DNA of 64,000 nucleotides, from IMG/VR virus record IMGVR_UViG_3300027631_002331, positions 1 through 64,000 of that record, one strand, 5' to 3'. Below, piece after piece: positions 58,603 through 64,000 of the stretch (position 1 is the first letter of the stretch; each line of letters opens with the position of its first letter). The stretch is from a virus. Position numbers and translations under genes: made by a program. The notes under the pieces were generated by a model that was given only the letters and a program-made list of their open reading frames with translations, searched no databases and was not told where the DNA came from.

Positions 58603-58631
58603 TTGGAATCCCCAAATAAAGGTCGTATATT
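58603..58631 (+). promoter_or_regulatory. TTGG-N17-CGTATATT motif
   Basis: Upstream of ATG 58640. Confidence 0.65.
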
Positions 58632-58639
58632 GATGTCAT

Positions 58640-59161
58640 ATGAGACAAATATTTCATCCATCACTAAGTAGAAAACAACTACAAACACACTTTGACAAAC
58701 TCCAGAAACTGAACTATAACGCGTTTCGTTGGTGGAGGATGTATGAGTCCAAAAACAAACCCTTAGATAATCGTAAACCACTGCGTGAACGTATTATGAA
58801 CGGTGATTTTGAGTTTTCACACTATTACCTACAAGCACTATGGGTTGAACATGATATCAACGATTTACAAATAGAGTGTAAAGATGATAGTGGGGTATTT
58901 GTAGAAAGAGGTGCTGTAATGAGAGCACGTCGTAAACGTTTATACGAAGATTATGAGCGTGATGAGAAAGAAAAACTAAGAGAACTTAAAAAATGTTTAC
59001 ATCAATCATTTAAAATAACTAAACCACAATTAGAGGAAGTTATGGAGGAATTTGGAGGCACAACACTAGAGTTGTATTTTCACCTCGATGATAATTACAA
59101 AATCATAAATCAAATATCACCATTATTAAGAAAACGTCGTGGACGACCAAAAAAGTTATGA
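58640..59161 (+). CDS. hypothetical protein with C-terminal AT-hook-like KRRGRPKK
   Basis: 173 aa ORF. Confidence 0.7.
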   Translation: MRQIFHPSLSRKQLQTHFDKLQKLNYNAFRWWRMYESKNKPLDNRKPLRERIMNGDFEFSHYYLQALWVEHDINDLQIECKDDSGVFVERGAVMRARRKRLYEDYERDEKEKLRELKKCLHQSFKITKPQLEEVMEEFGGTTLELYFHLDDNYKIINQISPLLRKRRGRPKKL

Positions 59162-60381
59162 GTATATTTTCAAAACCAACACCCCCACCAACAGAAAAAA
59201 TCAACGAAAAGAGATTCGCTGATGTTGAACTATCAATATCAAAACGATACTCTGCGTTAGAGAAGAAAATCGATAACCTATTTGATGGGTTGAGTAATCG
59301 ACTATCTAAGTTTGATGAACAAGTAAATATCGTACTAAAACGAACTTATGAACTAGAACGTAAAGTTGAAGGGCAACTTATAGATGTAGAAAACACATCT
59401 AAAAAACAACTACACCATCAACTAGATAAGATGGATCAGTTTGAAAAAAGAATATCTGAAAGTTATATAACAACCAAAGAACACAGAGATATCTCAGATG
59501 ATATTGCTGGTACTATACGTAGTGTTAAAACAGAGATGAGTGGTATTAGTGATGAAACTAAACGTATTGAAAAATCAATACCTAAAGATACAGCAAGTAC
59601 AACCTCCATATCTAAAATAAAAGCAGAACTAGATGTTAAAATAACAAAACTAGCAAATGCCCTACCTAAAAATACAGTTAGTGGGGATACGTTAACAAGT
59701 GTAAGACAAGAGTTAATAAACCAAATGCAAACATATGCTACAACAGAAGCATTAAAGGCAGTATCTGATATAACTAAAAAACTATCATCAGATAATATCG
59801 AATCAAATAAATCAATACTAAAATCAGTTACTAAACATCAACGAGATTTAAATAAACAAGGTGAAATAGTTAAAAATATTCAAAATGATTATTTAGATAG
59901 TAAATACGATAAGGTAGTTGATAATAAGGTATTAAAAAGTGTTAATGAATTATTACAATTAATAAAGGATACTAATAAATCAATCCCTACAGATATAGTT
60001 TCTGGGAATGAGTTTAAATCGTTACTAGAAAAACAAAAACAACTAAATACTTTAGTAGATAAAAATAAAATACTATCATCAGAATCTCTAAATACTGTTG
60101 ATAAATCTATAACAGGTAAAGTTAATAAATCAGTGAGTAAAGTAAATAAGGAGATTCAATTACTTAAGAAAACTATTATTGAACTTCAACTAGGATCAGA
60201 CACTTCAGGTTTAAAACTTATGGTTAGAGAGTTAGTAGATGATGTAATAAAGGATATTAAAAATACTAACGATTTCGCTTTAGAAAACTTCAAAGTAGAA
60301 AACGTTGATCGTAAAAAAGAAATAAAAAAGATTAATAAAGATATTAATCAAATAATAACAATTATCCAAAGAAAAAAATGA
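59158..60381 (+). CDS. long coiled-coil protein
   Basis: 407 aa, Lys-rich heptads with internal repeats (IPKDTAS / LPKNTVS / IPTDIVS). Confidence 0.65.
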   Translation: MSIFSKPTPPPTEKINEKRFADVELSISKRYSALEKKIDNLFDGLSNRLSKFDEQVNIVLKRTYELERKVEGQLIDVENTSKKQLHHQLDKMDQFEKRISESYITTKEHRDISDDIAGTIRSVKTEMSGISDETKRIEKSIPKDTASTTSISKIKAELDVKITKLANALPKNTVSGDTLTSVRQELINQMQTYATTEALKAVSDITKKLSSDNIESNKSILKSVTKHQRDLNKQGEIVKNIQNDYLDSKYDKVVDNKVLKSVNELLQLIKDTNKSIPTDIVSGNEFKSLLEKQKQLNTLVDKNKILSSESLNTVDKSITGKVNKSVSKVNKEIQLLKKTIIELQLGSDTSGLKLMVRELVDDVIKDIKNTNDFALENFKVENVDRKKEIKKINKDINQIITIIQRKK

Positions 60382-61169
60382 TAGTATCGCATGAAGTACC
60401 TAGATGTTTATTAACAGCATCTCCTGAGTTTAATGATTACGATTATCTTTTACCGCACTTGTTAGATCAGGATGAGGAGTATTTACAATACTTTAAAGAT
60501 GCTAAAAAATCAGGTCGTTACATTATTATGGATAACTCACTTCATGAACTTGGAGAGGCATATGATCATGAACGTTTAAGATATTGGATTAACGAAATAG
60601 AACCAGATGAGTTTATAGTACCTGATGTATGGATGGATTGTCATAAAACAGCAGCACAAGCCAAATATTGGAGACAGTTTACATATCCTGAAAATACAAA
60701 AATCACAGCCGTTATTCAAGGTAGTAATAAAAACGAAGCATACTTATGTGCTAATTTATTACAAAACCTTGGTTATGAAAAACTATGTGTATCCTACGGT
60801 GCAACTTGGTATAACGATTTCTTCCCACACACCAACCCAGATATGGGTAAGGCGTTGGGTAGAGTAAGATTTGTACAAGGGTTATTAAATTTAAAATCAT
60901 TATATAACGTTAAATACCATTTATTAGGATGTTCCATACCCCAGGAGTTTGGTTGGTATGATAATCATCCTAAAATCGAATCTATAGATACATCTAACCC
61001 TATTATGGCTGCTTTAGATGGTACTAGATATACTGAACAAGGTTTAACTACTAAACCTAAAGCAAATATGAATGATAACTTTGAAATAGATTTTAAGGAT
61101 GTTGATTATGAAACTATATTATATAATACAATACTTTTTAGAGAAATAAATGGAATAAAAAAACAATAA
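60378..61169 (+). CDS. tRNA-guanine transglycosylase-fold protein, DpdA-like
   Basis: IMDNS, IVPDV, AVIQG, YHLLG, SIDTS occur in the order of TGT catalytic/binding motifs; near queC and queD. Confidence 0.65.
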   Translation: MIVSHEVPRCLLTASPEFNDYDYLLPHLLDQDEEYLQYFKDAKKSGRYIIMDNSLHELGEAYDHERLRYWINEIEPDEFIVPDVWMDCHKTAAQAKYWRQFTYPENTKITAVIQGSNKNEAYLCANLLQNLGYEKLCVSYGATWYNDFFPHTNPDMGKALGRVRFVQGLLNLKSLYNVKYHLLGCSIPQEFGWYDNHPKIESIDTSNPIMAALDGTRYTEQGLTTKPKANMNDNFEIDFKDVDYETILYNTILFREINGIKKQ

Positions 61170-61170
61170 T

Positions 61171-61626
61171 ATGAAAAAAACAATTTTATTACTATTCATG
61201 ATTATTATATCATGTGCAAACCCCAATATGCAAGAGGGTTTAGATAATCTAAGATCTCAACTTTCACAAATAAGTAATCAAATTAATACTATGAATTTAA
61301 ATGAGTTAACCCAAAAAGTTAACGAGTTAAAGTCACTAATAGAAAATTTAGTCATAGAGGTAGATTCAGCTCAACCAACTCTAAACACCCTACAAGAAAC
61401 ATTATCACTATTATTAATCAGAATCAACGAACTACCAACAGAAGAAGAAATCCAGGATGTTTTATCTACTATAGAGGAAATACAATCAGGTATAGATGTT
61501 TTGGTAGCAAGAGCAGATTATGATATTGATGGAGTCATCAACGCAATAGATGAATGCCCCGATACTCCAATATCAGAAATAAACGATGTTAACGAAGTAG
61601 GATGTTCACCTTCACAAATAGGGTAG
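61171..61626 (+). CDS. coiled-coil lipoprotein with TSP3-like Ca-binding repeat
   Basis: IIISC lipobox; DYDIDGVINAIDECPDTP...VNEVGC. Confidence 0.7.
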   Translation: MKKTILLLFMIIISCANPNMQEGLDNLRSQLSQISNQINTMNLNELTQKVNELKSLIENLVIEVDSAQPTLNTLQETLSLLLIRINELPTEEEIQDVLSTIEEIQSGIDVLVARADYDIDGVINAIDECPDTPISEINDVNEVGCSPSQIG

Positions 61627-61629
61627 ATT

Positions 61630-61815
61630 ATGACAGAAATAATAAAACACACACTAGGACTTTGTGGTGAACATTTCCACCCAAATATATGGACTCTCTT
61701 ATTAGGAGGGGTTGGTTTATCAACTATCTCTTCGTATATTAGATTATATATAAAATGTAAAGTAAAACAAGCGTTAGCCTATACGCAAAATACCTGGCAA
61801 CAAATAAATAAATAA
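61630..61815 (+). CDS. small hypothetical membrane protein
   Basis: HTLGLCGEHFHPNIWTLLLGG; contains a promoter motif. Confidence 0.5.
   Translation: MTEIIKHTLGLCGEHFHPNIWTLLLGGVGLSTISSYIRLYIKCKVKQALAYTQNTWQQINK
61712..61740 (+). promoter_or_regulatory. TTGG-N17-CGTATATT motif
   Basis: Upstream of queC. Confidence 0.6.
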
Positions 61816-61819
61816 AATC

Positions 61820-62629
61820 ATGGCAAAACATGTAGTAGTTTCATTAAGTGGGGGAATGGATAGTTCCACACTATTATTAAGAGCATTATCTGAATATGAT
61901 ACCGTAACAGGTATTTCATTTGATTATGGTCAAAAACACAGAGTTGAGTTAGAACGAGCTCAATCATTGATTGATTATCTAGCAGATAATGGTCATAAAG
62001 TTAACTATCGTCAAATACAACTAAATGGATTAGTTGATTTATTAGATTCAGCTTTAGTGGAAGGTGGAGATGACGTACCAGAAGGACATTATGAAAACGA
62101 TAATATGAAGGAAACAGTTGTTCCTAATCGTAATAAAATGTTTGCTTCTATTACTCAAGCAGTTGCTCTATCAGTAGCTAATAAAACAGAAGAAACTTGT
62201 GATATAGCATTAGGTATTCATGCTGGTGATCACGCCGTTTACCCAGATTGTAGACAAGAGTTTAGAGATGCAGACGATGCTGCTTTTAGAGAAGGTAATT
62301 GGGATGCTGATAGAGTAGGGTATTTTACACCTTATTTAAAAACAGATAAATTAGGAATTTTAAAAGATGGACAAGAATTGGTTAATGAATTGGGAATTGA
62401 ATTTGATGAAGTATACAAACGTACTAACACTTCTTATAAGCCCTATCCTAGCGGTAATAGCGACTACAAATCAGCTTCATCTGTTGAAAGGATTGAAGCA
62501 TTTATCGAACTTAATCGTCCTGACCCAGTACAATATGAAGATGAAAGTGGACCAGTCGATTATAGCGTTGCGAAGGCACATGTTCAAAGTGTATTAACTG
62601 ATCACGTAGCAGTAAAAGGAGATTTATAA
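61820..62629 (+). CDS. queC: 7-cyano-7-deazaguanine synthase
   Basis: SLSGGMDSST, FDYGQKHRVELE, VPNRN, HAGDHAVYPDCRQEF. Confidence 0.93.
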   Translation: MAKHVVVSLSGGMDSSTLLLRALSEYDTVTGISFDYGQKHRVELERAQSLIDYLADNGHKVNYRQIQLNGLVDLLDSALVEGGDDVPEGHYENDNMKETVVPNRNKMFASITQAVALSVANKTEETCDIALGIHAGDHAVYPDCRQEFRDADDAAFREGNWDADRVGYFTPYLKTDKLGILKDGQELVNELGIEFDEVYKRTNTSYKPYPSGNSDYKSASSVERIEAFIELNRPDPVQYEDESGPVDYSVAKAHVQSVLTDHVAVKGDL

Positions 62630-62630
62630 T

Positions 62631-62957
62631 ATGAAAAAACTATTTTTATTATTGACATTAGTATCTACTCTTGCCTTTGGGCAAGAGGAGGTACCTTTTA
62701 AAGTATTAGGTATTTGGAGTAATACAGAAGGTGAAACTTTAGTAATCCAAAGAGCTGAAGATTTAATAATATTTACTAGGAAAGATAAATACAAAATCCT
62801 AGCTCAAGGTCAGATTACCATGGTAAATGGTGACATGCATATTAACAGATATGATACAGAAGAAGAGTATAGATTAGGTTTATTTATTGGTAATGAAACA
62901 ATGGTTATTAACAAACCCAATTCAATTAGTGCTTGGTTGTGGGTTAGAATTCAATAA
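62631..62957 (+). CDS. small exported beta-rich protein
   Basis: Signal peptide; LGIW (lipocalin-like GxW). Confidence 0.6.
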   Translation: MKKLFLLLTLVSTLAFGQEEVPFKVLGIWSNTEGETLVIQRAEDLIIFTRKDKYKILAQGQITMVNGDMHINRYDTEEEYRLGLFIGNETMVINKPNSISAWLWVRIQ

Positions 62958-62960
62958 GAT

Positions 62961-63125
62961 ATGAGTAAACAACAACTACCAGATGCTAGAAAGCATCAAA
63001 TAATTAGTTTTATTAAATCAGGAGTTAGAATATTGGGGTATGTTTTTTTACCAATAAATTTGTATACCGCAACTATTATTCTTATCTTATCTGAAGTAAT
63101 AGGTATATTTGAAGAATTAGTTTAA
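62961..63125 (+). CDS. small membrane protein (54 aa, not in ORF track)
   Basis: MSKQQLPDARKHQIISFIKSGVRILGY...EVIGIFEELV; fills the intergenic gap. Confidence 0.6.
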   Translation: MSKQQLPDARKHQIISFIKSGVRILGYVFLPINLYTATIILILSEVIGIFEELV

Positions 63126-63138
63126 TTAAAATAAAAAT

Positions 63139-63384
63139 ATGAAAGAAATACTTTACTTTTCAGCCCCGTGGTGTGGGCCCTGTAAACAATTAGGACCGAT
63201 TATGGAATCTTTATCAGGTCAAATCAACTATAGAAAAATCAACGTAGATAACGACACAGAACTATCTACTAAATATGGTGTTAGAAATATCCCCACTTTA
63301 GTTCTTTTAGAAAATGGAGAAGCAGTTAATAGAACGACAGGATTACAATCAAAACAACAAATTTTAAACTTTTACAATGGGTAA
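63139..63384 (+). CDS. thioredoxin
   Basis: FSAPWCGPCK; VRNIPTL. Confidence 0.93.
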   Translation: MKEILYFSAPWCGPCKQLGPIMESLSGQINYRKINVDNDTELSTKYGVRNIPTLVLLENGEAVNRTTGLQSKQQILNFYNG

Positions 63385-63841
63385 ATTTACATCAACAAAA
63401 GTATACGATGGGTTTTCAACTGTATTTCGTCAATGGAAAGCAGAAACAACTCACTGTCGATTTGTACATGGTTATGGAGTATCTTTTAAAGTATGGTTTG
63501 AAGGAGAATTAGATGATAGAAATTGGGTTTGGGATTTTGGATCAGCAAAACGATCTAAAACCCTAATCGATGGTAAAACACCTAAAGAGTGGATGTCATA
63601 TATGTTTGATCATACTATGATTATAGCTGAAGATGATCCCTACAGACAAGCGTTTGAACAGATGGGAACTGCTGAAGTAGCCCAAGTTAGAATACTACCA
63701 GCAGTTGGAGCAGAAAAGTTTGCTGAATACGTTTATGAAAAACTAAATGGTTGGGTAGTAGAGGAAAGTGAAGGTAGAGTTAAAGTAGCTCAAGTAGAGT
63801 TTAGAGAGCACGAAAAGAATAACGCTTCATACCGCCCATAA
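63377..63841 (+). CDS. queD: 6-carboxytetrahydropterin synthase (PTPS family)
   Basis: HCRFVHGY, WVWDFG, FDHT, AEKFAE, FREHEKN. Confidence 0.88.
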   Translation: MGKFTSTKVYDGFSTVFRQWKAETTHCRFVHGYGVSFKVWFEGELDDRNWVWDFGSAKRSKTLIDGKTPKEWMSYMFDHTMIIAEDDPYRQAFEQMGTAEVAQVRILPAVGAEKFAEYVYEKLNGWVVEESEGRVKVAQVEFREHEKNNASYRP

Positions 63842-63849
63842 TATTTATA
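63842..63849 (+). promoter_or_regulatory. TATTTATA putative late promoter
   Basis: Directly after queD stop. Confidence 0.6.
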
Positions 63850-63876
63850 ACCATACATAAACTTAAATAAAAATAA

Positions 63877-64000
63877 ATGGCCAGTTTAACAAATAGACAT
63901 ATAAAAGATACCTACCAAGATCTTTTAACAACTGAAAATAATCTCCTACAAAGTGGTTTAGGAGACCCCGTAGAGGTTAGTATGAGTGGATCTTCGTTTA
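63877..64000 (+). CDS. 3'-truncated putative virion protein
   Basis: MASLTNRHIKDTYQDLLTTENNLLQSGLGDPVEVSMSGSS runs off the window. Confidence 0.6.
   Translation, partial: MASLTNRHIKDTYQDLLTTENNLLQSGLGDPVEVSMSGSSF

Noticed and set aside
524-58781. All minus-strand ORFs in the track (e.g. 15233-15640, 16747-17319, 55104-55844, 50957-51292)
   Set aside because: They are shadows of + strand genes; the Ser/Phe/Leu-rich sequences are the antisense of Glu/Lys codons.
37781-62597. Nested + strand alternative-frame ORFs (37781, 55130, 55652, 57769, 60625, 62367)
   Set aside because: They lie wholly inside well-supported genes and have no motifs. 57769 has no lipobox to support an embedded o-spanin.
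1-64000. Stop-codon reassignment
   Set aside because: Core genes are full length under the standard code and coding density is high.

Overview
A 64 kb, AT-rich segment of a large contractile-tailed dsDNA phage, with every credible gene on the + strand. Layout: acidic putative internal head proteins and accessory genes (1-9.7 kb); a distantly T4-like morphogenesis block with terminase, portal, protease, scaffold, capsid, neck, sheath, tube, chaperone, tape measure and baseplate (9.7-37 kb); replication and nucleotide genes with a short family-A polymerase, SSB, RecA-like protein, 5'-3' exonuclease, helicase and class Ia RNR (37-46 kb); host-envelope accessory genes (46-56.5 kb); lysis genes; and a 7-deazaguanine cluster (TGT/DpdA-like, QueC, QueD). 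A-rich starts without Shine-Dalgarno sequences, a TonB-dependent transporter, lipoproteins and a T9SS-CTD-like domain point to a Bacteroidota host (inference). Best candidates for novel systems: (1) a nuclease / TonB transporter / S1-P1 nuclease / membrane protein / P-loop kinase cluster directly after RNR, resembling an extracellular nucleic-acid scavenging locus; (2) a CsgG-like, cohesin-dockerin, stand-alone T9SS-CTD-like and beta-barrel envelope cluster. Two recurring promoter-like motifs (TTGG-N17-CGTATATT and TATTTATA) and a probable +1/-2 tail-chaperone frameshift are also visible. All protein assignments come from motif recognition by eye; no database searches were run.
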